A stretch of DNA of 24,000 nt from positions 629,241-653,240 of the forward strand of contig NZ_LR130785.1 in assembly GCF_900626135.1 (NCBI RefSeq), in the 5' to 3' direction. Below are positions 15,479-23,872 of this stretch, one piece after another. Position numbers and translations under genes: made by a program. This DNA is from Senegalia massiliensis (lineage in GTDB: Bacteria; Bacillota; Clostridia; Tissierellales; SIT17). Within the stretch, counting starts at the first letter, position 1, and every line of letters starts with the position of its first letter. The notes beneath the pieces were generated by a model that had not been told where the DNA came from, searched no databases, and saw only the letters and a list, made by a program, of their open reading frames with translations.

Positions 15479-16888
15479 ATGAATGGAGAAATTTTAAGAA
15501 TAGAAAATGTTAGTAGGAAGATTGACGGTATTACCTATTTAAATAATATAAATTTTAATATAAGAAAAGGAGAAATATTAGGGTTATTGCCTCTTGATAA
15601 TCATGGTAAAGAACAGCTTATTGAGTTAATTATTAAAAATTTAAATATTGATTATGGAAGAGTATATTTTGATGAAAAGCTTGTAAATTATTATGAATAT
15701 AGTGATATGCAATATAATGAGGTTTATGTTATTGATAAAAACACAAAATTAATCTCTGGGTTGAAAGTTATTGATAATATCTATGTATTAAATAATACTC
15801 TAAATCAGTTTATTATAAATGAAAATATATTAAGGAAAAAGGCAAAATCTATTTTTGAACATTTTGATTTAGACATTAATCCAGATAAATATATTTCTGA
15901 TTTATCTAAATTTGAGAAAGTTGTTGTTGAAGTTATAAAGGCTGTTATAAATGGTGCTAAATTAATAATTTTAAACGAATTATCTAATTTTCTAAGTATA
16001 AATGAGTTATATAATTTTCAGAAATTAATTAAATATTATTCTAAGAAAGACATTTCATTTCTTTACATGGCAAATCATCATGAAGAAGCATTTAAGATAT
16101 GTAATAGAGTTTGTCTTTTAGAAGATGGGAAAATAGTAAAAGTGATAGAAAAAAATGATTATTCTGATGAAATTATGTTACCTTATATAGTTGAGTTTGA
16201 TAGTAATACAAATTCTAATATATCAGATAATGAAAATACTATTATTGGATTTGAAGATTTTACTACCACTAATGTTTATAAGCTCAATATAAGGATAAAT
16301 AAAGGTGAATGTATAACCATACTTGATAAAGATAATAAAGGAATTCAAGATATAGTTGAATTTTTAAAGGGAAATCTGACACTTATTGATGGGAATATAA
16401 TCTTTAATAGAAAAACAATTAAATCTATAAGAAATCTTAATTCTCTTATAGAAAATGAAATATTATTTATACCAGAAAATCCAATAGATAATTTTTTGTT
16501 TTTTAATATGTCTTATTTAGAAAATCTAATGTTTCTTTTAGAACAAAAGCTAAATAATAATATTTCATTTAGAAAGAAAATAAAAATACTTAAAGAAAAA
16601 TATAAAATATTAGAAGATGTAGATATAGATGAAAATGATATTTCTAATTTAAGTAAAAAATCTCTGTACGATTTAATATATTTTAAAGTTTATGAATTTA
16701 AACCTAAGTTAGTTTTTCTAATGCAGCCTTTTTCTGGTGCAGATATGTATTTAAGAGCTAGAATAATTCAATTAATAAATAAACTTAAAAATGAAGGTAT
16801 AACAATTATAATTCTTGCTGTAAGCTTATCAGATACTTTAACTGTATCAGATAGACTTATAACTATAAAAGATGATAGTATTTTTTGA
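15479..16888 (+). CDS. Degenerate tandem-NBD ABC ATPase paralog (RbsA/MglA-like fold, catalytic motifs lost in both halves)
   Basis: It aligns along its length with the next gene, but the motifs differ. Walker A is LPLDNHGKEQ against GENGAGKST, and LDKDNKGIQ against GLMGAGRTE. Q-loop is VIDK against IHQE. Signature is LSKFEK against LSVSKQ, and LSKKSLYD against LSGGNQQK. Walker B is LIILNELS against ILIMDEPT, and LVFLMQPF against IVIFDEPT. Confidence 0.8.
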   Translation: MNGEILRIENVSRKIDGITYLNNINFNIRKGEILGLLPLDNHGKEQLIELIIKNLNIDYGRVYFDEKLVNYYEYSDMQYNEVYVIDKNTKLISGLKVIDNIYVLNNTLNQFIINENILRKKAKSIFEHFDLDINPDKYISDLSKFEKVVVEVIKAVINGAKLIILNELSNFLSINELYNFQKLIKYYSKKDISFLYMANHHEEAFKICNRVCLLEDGKIVKVIEKNDYSDEIMLPYIVEFDSNTNSNISDNENTIIGFEDFTTTNVYKLNIRINKGECITILDKDNKGIQDIVEFLKGNLTLIDGNIIFNRKTIKSIRNLNSLIENEILFIPENPIDNFLFFNMSYLENLMFLLEQKLNNNISFRKKIKILKEKYKILEDVDIDENDISNLSKKSLYDLIYFKVYEFKPKLVFLMQPFSGADMYLRARIIQLINKLKNEGITIIILAVSLSDTLTVSDRLITIKDDSIF

Positions 16889-16958
16889 AAACCTTTTTAA
16901 AATCTAATGAATGTCCCCCTAAATCAAAAGAATATCTACCTCGTCGTATTATTAGTTA

Positions 16959-16967
16959 TGGTACTAT
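16959..16967 (+). promoter_or_regulatory. Possible activator-dependent promoter of the ABC operon (TGgTACTAT, no -35)
   Basis: Extended -10 at 16959-16967. The -35 position reads cctcgt, consistent with dependence on an AraC-type activator. This is weak evidence. Confidence 0.3.
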
Positions 16968-16997
16968 GTATTTAAATAATAATAACAAAGATATTTA

Positions 16998-18554
16998 ATG
17001 AAGAAAGTAGGGGTTCTTTTGAGTAATTATGCTGTTAAAATAGAAAACGTTTCCAAAAGTTTTCCAGGTGTTAAGGCACTTGATAATGTATCATTCGATT
17101 TGAAATCTGGAGAAGTCTTAGCTTTACTTGGTGAAAATGGAGCAGGGAAGTCTACTCTTATGAAAATATTATCAGGAGTTTATACAAAAGATAGTGGTAC
17201 TATAAATATATTTGGTGAAACTATTGAAGATATGAATCCAGTTAAAGCACAGGAATTAGGTATTGCAATTATACATCAGGAGTTAAATATGTGTGATCAT
17301 TTAACTGTAGCTCAAAATATTTTTTTAGGTAGAGAGATATCTAAAAAGGGTGTTTTGTCTGAGAAAAAGATGAATATAGAAGCAAAAGAAATATTAAATA
17401 AATTAAATATAGCTATAGATCCAGAGGCTTTAGTAGGAGACTTATCTGTATCAAAGCAACAGATGGTTGAAATCGCAAAGGCTCTATCAACTAATGCAAA
17501 AATACTTATTATGGACGAACCTACATCTGCTTTAACTTCTAAAGAAATAGATGATTTGTTTAAAATAATAAAAAAATTGAAATCAGAAGGTCATGGAATA
17601 GTATACATATCTCATAGATTAGAAGAATTAGAACATATAGTGGATAGAGTTACTGTATTAAGAGATGGACAATATATTACTTCTTTAGATTTTAAAGAAA
17701 CTACACTTAAAGAAATTATATCCTATATGGTTGGAAGAGAAATAAAAGAAAAATTTCCTAGAATCAAAAGTGATGTGGGAAAGAAAATATTCGAAGTTAA
17801 GAATTTAAGTGCTGGTAATTTAGTAAGAGATATTAATTTTTCAGTATTTGAAGGAGAAATAGTTGGAATAGCTGGTTTAATGGGGGCAGGAAGAACTGAG
17901 ATGACTAGAGCAATATTTGGAGCAGATTCTAAACGTTCAGGAAAAATTTTCATTGACGGCGTTGAAGTAAGTATTAATAAGCCTATAGATGCTATTAAGT
18001 CAGGAATAGTTCTTGCTCCTGAAGATAGAAAAAATGATGGATTATGTACAAAGCTTAGTATAAGAGAAAATATCTCTCTTCCAAATCTTGACTTATTAGC
18101 TCATAAATTCGGTATAGTGAATAGCAAAAAAGAAGAGGAAATGATTCAAAAAGCAGTAGAAAATTTAGATATAAGACTTGCAAGTGCTGAAGTTAATGCC
18201 GATAGTCTATCTGGTGGAAATCAGCAAAAAGTTGTAGTAGGTAAATGGCTTTCAAGAAATTCAAGAATTGTAATTTTTGACGAACCTACAAGAGGAATAG
18301 ATGTAGGATCTAAAGTTGAAATTTATAATTTGATGAATGAATTAAAAAGCAAGGGTATTGGAGTACTTTTTGTTTCTTCTGAGATGCCAGAAGTGTTAGG
18401 TATTAGTGATAGAATTTTAGTTATGGCTGAAGGTAAAATAACTAAAGAACTTGATATAAAAGATGCTACACAAAATATTATTTTAGAGTATGCTACTAAA
18501 TTTGACAAAAAGATTAACAATGAACAGATTAACAAAGTGGAGGCGAGTATTTAA
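16998..18554 (+). CDS. Sugar ABC transporter ATP-binding protein, CUT2 family, two intact NBDs (RbsA/MglA-like)
   Basis: GENGAGKST, LSVSKQQ, ILIMDEPT and ISHRL in NBD1. GLMGAGRTE, LSGGNQQK and IVIFDEPTRGID in NBD2. The true start may be TTG 17019 (MSNYAVKIENVSKSF), 5 nt after TAGGGG. ATG 16998 has no SD. Confidence 0.92.
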   Translation: MKKVGVLLSNYAVKIENVSKSFPGVKALDNVSFDLKSGEVLALLGENGAGKSTLMKILSGVYTKDSGTINIFGETIEDMNPVKAQELGIAIIHQELNMCDHLTVAQNIFLGREISKKGVLSEKKMNIEAKEILNKLNIAIDPEALVGDLSVSKQQMVEIAKALSTNAKILIMDEPTSALTSKEIDDLFKIIKKLKSEGHGIVYISHRLEELEHIVDRVTVLRDGQYITSLDFKETTLKEIISYMVGREIKEKFPRIKSDVGKKIFEVKNLSAGNLVRDINFSVFEGEIVGIAGLMGAGRTEMTRAIFGADSKRSGKIFIDGVEVSINKPIDAIKSGIVLAPEDRKNDGLCTKLSIRENISLPNLDLLAHKFGIVNSKKEEEMIQKAVENLDIRLASAEVNADSLSGGNQQKVVVGKWLSRNSRIVIFDEPTRGIDVGSKVEIYNLMNELKSKGIGVLFVSSEMPEVLGISDRILVMAEGKITKELDIKDATQNIILEYATKFDKKINNEQINKVEASI

Positions 18555-19570
18555 TGGGGACTAAAAGTAACACTAGTAAAATTAAAAAGATTTTTTCACG
18601 AAGAGGTATGGGCCAAGTAATTACAGTTTCAATAGGACTTGTAGCATTAGTCATCGTATTTGGATTATTAAACCCAACTTTTTTCTCTAGTAGAAACATA
18701 TCAAACTTATTAAGACAAATTGCACCAATTATACTTATAGGTGTAGGTCAATCATATGTATTGATTACTGCAAATATAGATTTGTCAATAGGTTCAGTTG
18801 TTGGAATGAGTACTATGATTTCTGCTACATTAATGTCAAAAGGTATGGATCCTTTGGCTGCTGTATTTATAACTTTTATTGCAGCGTTAGGAATAGGATT
18901 ATTAAATGGATTACTTATATCAAAGGCTAAGCTTCCATCATTTATAGCAACATTAGGTACTATGACTATAGCAAGAGGTATTGCACAAATTGTTAATAAT
19001 AACTATAATACAGATTCTATTGGATCACATGCTGATGGATTTAGAGATTTATTTTATTATGGAGAAACATTTGGACTATATAATACAATTTGGATAGCAT
19101 TAGGAATTTGGTTAGTATTTAACTTTATTCTTAGTAGAACTAGAACAGGTAGACATATTTATGCGGTAGGTAGTAATATGAGTGCTGCACACCTTTCAGG
19201 AGTTAATATATCTAGTACCATAACAAAAGCATATGTAGTAAGTTCTGTGTGTGCTGCAACAGTAGGTCTTATAACTACAGCTACAAGTGGTATGGGAACT
19301 ATGGATGCAGGTACTTCATATGAATTATATGCAGTAGCAGCTTCTGTAATAGGAGGTATAAGTACATTAGGAGGACAAGGAATACTTTTAGGAACTGTAG
19401 TAGGGGCATCTATATGGGGAGTGTTACAAAATGGACTTCAATTTGCTGGTGCACCTGTAGCTATTAGGAATATAGTAATAGGTATTATTGTTATAGTATC
19501 TGTTCTTCTTGACATAGTTGTAAGGGCTAATAAAAATAAATCTAAGTCTAAGCAAAAAGCAAAATCTTAA
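18554..19570 (+). CDS. Sugar ABC transporter permease, CUT2 family (RbsC-like)
   Basis: 338 aa and polytopic. It has RbsC-like blocks: IDLSIGSV, the coupling region TRTGRHIYAVGSN, and GGISTLGGQG. The ATG overlaps the upstream TAA by 1 nt (TAATG), which suggests translational coupling. Confidence 0.9.
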   Translation: MGTKSNTSKIKKIFSRRGMGQVITVSIGLVALVIVFGLLNPTFFSSRNISNLLRQIAPIILIGVGQSYVLITANIDLSIGSVVGMSTMISATLMSKGMDPLAAVFITFIAALGIGLLNGLLISKAKLPSFIATLGTMTIARGIAQIVNNNYNTDSIGSHADGFRDLFYYGETFGLYNTIWIALGIWLVFNFILSRTRTGRHIYAVGSNMSAAHLSGVNISSTITKAYVVSSVCAATVGLITTATSGMGTMDAGTSYELYAVAASVIGGISTLGGQGILLGTVVGASIWGVLQNGLQFAGAPVAIRNIVIGIIVIVSVLLDIVVRANKNKSKSKQKAKS

Positions 19571-19621
19571 ATTAAGTTATTAAAGGGAAACCTTTAAAAA
19601 TAAAAAAATGGAGGGAATAAA

Positions 19622-20554
19622 ATGAAAAAGAAAATATTGGCAATGATGTTAATTGTATTTCTAAGTATAACAGTAATAGTAGGATGTTCTGATGATTCAG
19701 ACAGTGGTAGTGGTGATTCTCACAAAGTATATCTAATAACTATGGATCAAATGGATCAACATTGGGTATCAGTAGATGAAGGAGCTAAAGAAGCAGCAGA
19801 TGAATTAGGTAATGTAGATTATGAATGGTTAGCACCTGACGTAAAAGATGATGCAAAACAAATAGAAAGTATAAATAATGCAATTGCAGGTGGAGCTGAA
19901 GCAATATTATTAGCAGCTAATGGACCAGATGCTGTAACTCAAGCACTTAAGGAAGCAGAAAAAGAAGGTATAAAAATTGTTTATGTTGATTCACCAGCTG
20001 ATTTTCCAGCAGTTCAAACTTTAGCAACAGATAATGAAGCAGCAGGAAAACTTGCAGGGGAAGAAATGAAAAAAGCATTAGAAGAAAAAGGTATTAATGC
20101 AGGTAAAATTGGTGTAGTAAGTGTTAATGCATCTACAGATTCTACTATACAAAGAGAAAAAGGTTTTAGAAGTGCATTTGAAGGAACAGATTTTGAAATA
20201 CTAGAAACTCAATATGGAGATGGTGATGCAGCAAAATCAAAAGATATAGCTGCTAACTATATAACCCAAGATGTAGTAGGAATATTTGGTGGAAATGAAG
20301 GTTCTACTGTTGGAACTGGAAATGCTATAAAAGAAGCAGGTGGAGAAGTTATAGGAGTAGGTTTTGATAAATCTGATACAATATTACAAATGATTGAAGA
20401 AGGACATATACTTGCTACTATGTCACAAAATCCTGATGTAATGGGTTATGAAGGAGTAAAGACAGCAGTAGATGCACTTGAAGGAAAAGAAATTAATGAA
20501 GAATATGTAGATACAGGTGTTTCTGTAATAAACAAAGAATCACTTGAAAACTAA
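19622..20554 (+). CDS. Sugar-binding lipoprotein of the ABC importer (RbsB-like, periplasmic-binding-protein type I)
   Basis: Signal peptide with lipobox VIVGCS, followed by a Ser/Asp/Gly linker. The fold appears PBP type I. RBS GGAGGG. Confidence 0.88.
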   Translation: MKKKILAMMLIVFLSITVIVGCSDDSDSGSGDSHKVYLITMDQMDQHWVSVDEGAKEAADELGNVDYEWLAPDVKDDAKQIESINNAIAGGAEAILLAANGPDAVTQALKEAEKEGIKIVYVDSPADFPAVQTLATDNEAAGKLAGEEMKKALEEKGINAGKIGVVSVNASTDSTIQREKGFRSAFEGTDFEILETQYGDGDAAKSKDIAANYITQDVVGIFGGNEGSTVGTGNAIKEAGGEVIGVGFDKSDTILQMIEEGHILATMSQNPDVMGYEGVKTAVDALEGKEINEEYVDTGVSVINKESLEN

Positions 20555-20573
20555 TAGAGTTCCAAAATAAATT

Positions 20574-20600
20574 AGAGAGGTTACAAAAGTAACCTCTTTA
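20574..20600 (+). terminator. Stem-loop after the binding-protein gene (weak terminator or mRNA stabiliser)
   Basis: agaggttac-aaaa-gtaacctct followed only by ttta. The next gene's SD begins 11 nt later, so read-through is likely. Confidence 0.45.
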
Positions 20601-20622
20601 AACTATATATGAGGTGATATTA

Positions 20623-21273
20623 TTGAAAAATAAAACAGAAAGAATATTAAATGAGTTAATTGAAAAATATCCAAAATTAGATTATTTAGAAGAAAGATTA
20701 AGAAATTTAATAGAAAAAACAGTAAAATCAATAAGAGGAAATGGTAAAATATTAGTATGTGGGAATGGTGGTAGTGCCTCTGATAGTGAACATATAGTAG
20801 GAGAATTATTGAAAAAATTCTATATTGATAGACCAATTGAAGATGATTTTAAAAATAATTTGAGAAAAAATTGTAATGAATATGAATATGAATATATGAG
20901 TAGTAATATGGAAGGAGCAATTCCAGCAATTTCCCTTGTTTCTCAAACAACATTTTTAACAGCATATGGTAATGATGTGAATTTTGATATGATTTATGCT
21001 CAACAAGTATATGCATATGGAAATGAAAATGATATATTGATAGCTTTATCAACATCTGGGAACTCTTCAAATGTTTATTATGCTGCAAAAGCAGCAAAAT
21101 CAAAAGGAATGATGGTTATATCATTAACAGGAGAAGATGGTGGAAAATTAAAAAGCACTAGTGACATATTGTTAAATGTACCTTTAGATGAAACATATCA
21201 AGTTCAAGAGTATCATCTTCCTCTATATCATTTTATATGTAGGGCATTAGAATATGAAATTTTTGGAGGTTAA
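20623..21273 (+). CDS. gmhA: SIS-domain sugar-phosphate isomerase of the GmhA (sedoheptulose-7-P isomerase)/DiaA family
   Basis: It aligns with E. coli GmhA blocks: KILVCGNGGSASDSEH, AISL...YGNDVNFDMIY, LIALSTSGNSSNV and MVISLTGEDGGKL...QEYHL. An insert of about 25 aa is present (IEDDFKNNLRKNCNEYEYEYMSSNMEG). TTG 20623 is 6 nt after GAGGTG; the track start is GTG 20614. Confidence 0.7.
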   Translation: MKNKTERILNELIEKYPKLDYLEERLRNLIEKTVKSIRGNGKILVCGNGGSASDSEHIVGELLKKFYIDRPIEDDFKNNLRKNCNEYEYEYMSSNMEGAIPAISLVSQTTFLTAYGNDVNFDMIYAQQVYAYGNENDILIALSTSGNSSNVYYAAKAAKSKGMMVISLTGEDGGKLKSTSDILLNVPLDETYQVQEYHLPLYHFICRALEYEIFGG

Positions 21274-21276
21274 TTT

Positions 21277-22227
21277 ATGTTTGTAATAGGATATGATATA
21301 GGAGGTACAAAAACTGCTTTTATATTATCTCAAGTAAATGATTCTGGAATAAAAATTCTCCAAAGAGAAGAATTTAAAACAACAAGAGATTGGAAAAATG
21401 TTATAGGACAGTTAATGGAAAAATCAAAAATAGCTATAAAAGATAACGATATATCTTTAGATGATTTGAAATTAGGAATTTCTTGTGGAGGACCTCTAGA
21501 TAATAAAAAAGGACTTATATTATCTCCACCTAATCTTCCTGGTTGGGATAATGTTCCTGTAGTAGATTATATTCATGAAAAAATAGGTGTAAAACCAAAC
21601 TTGCAAAATGATGCAGATGCATGTGCTTTAGCTGAATGGAGGTATGGTGCTGGTGTAGGCTATGAAAATTTAATTTTTCTTACATTTGGTACAGGGTTGG
21701 GAGCAGGTCTTATATTAAATAATAAGCTATATACTGGAGCATCTAATATGGCAGGAGAAGTAGGACATATTAGATTAGAAGATGAAGGACCTATTGGATA
21801 TGGTAAATCTGGAAGCTTTGAAGGGTTTTGTAGTGGTGGAGGAATAGCTCAATTAGCTCAATTTGAAGCTAAATCTCTAAGAAACAAAGGATTAAGAGCA
21901 TCATTTGATAAAAGAGAAATTAAAGATATAACAACAAAAGATGTATCTATAGCTGCAGAATTAGGAAATAAAGATGCTTTAGATATATTTAAGACTTCTG
22001 GTAGATATTTTGGAAAAGGATTATCTATACTTATAGATATATTAAATCCTGAAATTATAGTTGCTGGAAGTATTTATAAAAGAGCAGGTGAATTCTTAAA
22101 AGAAGAAATGTACAATGAAATTGAGAAGGAAGCACTTAAATCATCAAGTAAAGTAGTTAAAATAGTACCTGCAATGTTAGGTGAAGAAATAGGAGACTAT
22201 GGTGCTATAGTAACAGCTTTAGGGTAA
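21277..22227 (+). CDS. ROK family sugar kinase (glucokinase-like, substrate unknown)
   Basis: N-terminal ATP motif IGYDIGGTKTA. NDADACALAE. ROK signature region GTGLGAGLILNNKLYTG...GEVGH. It lacks the Cys-rich zinc motif of the next gene. Confidence 0.85.
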   Translation: MFVIGYDIGGTKTAFILSQVNDSGIKILQREEFKTTRDWKNVIGQLMEKSKIAIKDNDISLDDLKLGISCGGPLDNKKGLILSPPNLPGWDNVPVVDYIHEKIGVKPNLQNDADACALAEWRYGAGVGYENLIFLTFGTGLGAGLILNNKLYTGASNMAGEVGHIRLEDEGPIGYGKSGSFEGFCSGGGIAQLAQFEAKSLRNKGLRASFDKREIKDITTKDVSIAAELGNKDALDIFKTSGRYFGKGLSILIDILNPEIIVAGSIYKRAGEFLKEEMYNEIEKEALKSSSKVVKIVPAMLGEEIGDYGAIVTALG

Positions 22228-22249
22228 TTTAAATTAAGGGAGGCTTACT

Positions 22250-23128
22250 ATGTTAGGATCAATTGAAGCAGGTGGTACTAAATTTGTATGTGCTGTAAGC
22301 GATGAGGAATTTAATTTAATTGATAAGACATCATTTCCAACTACAGATCCAAAATCAACACTAAAAGAAATATTTAATTTTTTTGATAAATACAAAGATA
22401 TAAAATCTATTGGTATAGGATCATTTGGTCCTATAAATATTAATAAAAGCTCAGATAAATATGGATACATTACATCAACTCCTAAAACTAAATGGAAAAA
22501 TTTTAATTTTCTTGGAGAGATGAAAAAACACTATAATATACCTATTAGTTGGACTACAGATGTTAATGCAGCATGTTTAGGAGAATATTATCTAGGAAGT
22601 GCAAAAGGAAGTAATAGCTGCATTTATCTTACTGTAGGAACAGGTATTGGTGGAGGAGCTATAATAAATGGAGATTTTATGGAAGGATTTAGTCACCCAG
22701 AAATGGGACATATTTTAATTAAAAAGCATGTACAAGATAAATATGAAGGATTTTGTCCTTACCATGGAGATTGCCTGGAAGGACTTACAGCAGGACCTTC
22801 AATAGAAAAAAGATATGGTGTAAGTGGAAACAAATTAGATAAAAATCATGAAGTATGGAAGTTTATTTCTTATTATTTAGCTCAAGCTCTAGTAAATTAT
22901 ACATTAATAATAAGACCAGAAAAGATAATATTAGGTGGAGGAGTAATGAATCAAGATCATATGTTAAGTTTAGTAAAAAAGGAATTTAAATCATTACTTT
23001 CAGATTATGTAGAAGTACCTAATATAGATGATTATATAGTAAAACCTTCATTAAAAGATAATGCAGGTATTATTGGAGGTTTAGTATTAGCTTCTAAAGA
23101 ATGTGGATATTGTGGAAAAACATATTAA
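22250..23128 (+). CDS. ROK family fructokinase/mannokinase-type kinase (GmuE/Mak-like)
   Basis: MLGSIEAGGTKFVCAV closely resembles the N-terminus of Bacillus GmuE/YdhR fructokinase. Zinc motif HPEMGH...CPYHGDCLEG. RBS AAGGGAGG. Confidence 0.85.
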   Translation: MLGSIEAGGTKFVCAVSDEEFNLIDKTSFPTTDPKSTLKEIFNFFDKYKDIKSIGIGSFGPININKSSDKYGYITSTPKTKWKNFNFLGEMKKHYNIPISWTTDVNAACLGEYYLGSAKGSNSCIYLTVGTGIGGGAIINGDFMEGFSHPEMGHILIKKHVQDKYEGFCPYHGDCLEGLTAGPSIEKRYGVSGNKLDKNHEVWKFISYYLAQALVNYTLIIRPEKIILGGGVMNQDHMLSLVKKEFKSLLSDYVEVPNIDDYIVKPSLKDNAGIIGGLVLASKECGYCGKTY

Positions 23129-23182
23129 ATTTTTCGGAAAATGTGGATATTATATTAAATTATATAAACGACGATGGGGCTG

Positions 23183-23221
23183 TTTCATAACTAATTGATT
23201 AGTTATGAAATGCTCTTTTTT
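23183..23221 (+). terminator. Rho-independent terminator of the sugar operon
   Basis: 13-bp stem tttcataactaat/attagttatgaaa, then tgctctttttt. Confidence 0.7.
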
Positions 23222-23280
23222 ATGTTCTAGTAAATAAGTATGCTTTATAATTCTTAATAAAATTAAATATATATTATTGC

Positions 23281-23600
23281 TATATTGCTTCCTTATATCT
23301 AGTAAAGCCTACTTTGTTAGATCGTACTTTATTACTTAATTTATTTATATTTATTGCAATGGATAAAAGCTTCATCTCTGCAATAATCTTTTCCATAGTT
23401 TTATGTCTAAATCTTGAGTAATTCATTCCAGTTTTTATATAAGAAAATATACTTCGGCTTGAATTGAACGATTCATTCTTTCAATAATTTTTTCCTCTGT
23501 AGTTATATTTTCTTCGAATTTTTTCTTAAGTTCTCAAGTCTCTCTGAAATGTATATTCTTTTTTTCCTGTAATTCTATCTACTCTTAAAATAAACTCATT
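23281..23600 (-). pseudogene. Frameshifted C-terminal remnant of an IS1182/IS5-like DDE transposase
   Basis: The reverse-strand translation gives ...KKKFEENITTEEKIIERMNRSIQAEVYF, then a frameshift, then FSYIKTGMNYSRFRHKTMEKIIAEMKLLSIAININKLSNK... with stop at 23281-23283. This resembles the conserved R..S.vE..Fg.iK...g..RF..RG..kv..E..l.aiA.Nl.Kl transposase tail. No intact ORF and no terminal repeats are seen. Confidence 0.5.
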
Positions 23601-23738
23601 GACTATACCAAAAGAAAAATATTTAAATCGAAATAAACTAAAAACAAGTATTAAACATGAGTGTTAATATAATATCTAGCATTGAATCACTTCCCTTCTG
23701 TTGCCAAATTAGGTTGCGAAAACATCAACATTAAAAGC

Positions 23739-23780
23739 TTGCATTATATTCCATAATATTCTATAATTTAACTATAGAAT
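23739..23780 (+). promoter_or_regulatory. Promoter TTGCAT-17 nt-TATAAT with an overlapping 8-bp inverted repeat (ATTCTATA-N7-TATAGAAT)
   Basis: -35 at 23739-23744 and -10 at 23762-23767. The inverted repeat at 23758-23765 / 23773-23780 spans -10 to +1. A leader of about 100 nt runs to ATG 23873. Confidence 0.5.
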
Positions 23781-23872
23781 CTCTATTATAAATGAAATGT
23801 AGTAACATATAAAGTAGCTCCTAAATCGGAGTGTTGGTATTGCGAACTTATTTCTTATTAAAGGAGAATATT

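Noticed and set aside
16886-16899. cre-like 14-mer TGAAAACCTTTTTA overlapping the stop codon of the degenerate ATPase gene
   Set aside because: It lacks the central CG and the terminal CA of the CcpA cre consensus (TGWAANCGNTNWCA). In a sequence this AT-rich, such a near-match is expected by chance.
20878-20895. Tandem hexamer (GAATAT)x3 encoding EYEYEY inside the GmhA-like gene
   Set aside because: The repeat unit is in-frame and there are only three copies. That is too short for a convincing slipped-strand phase-variation tract. It is more likely a low-complexity part of the lineage-specific insert.
327-22470. Other minus-strand ORFs of 65-145 aa: 327-596, 1538-1735, 2555-2764, 5030-5266, 5666-6103, 6644-6880, 11030-11230, 17723-17953, 18323-18535, 20603-20836, 20849-21103, 22234-22470
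   Set aside because: Each one is nested antisense within a well-supported + strand gene. None has a ribosome-binding site, and all have skewed low-complexity composition. These are typical shadow ORFs of an AT-rich genome.
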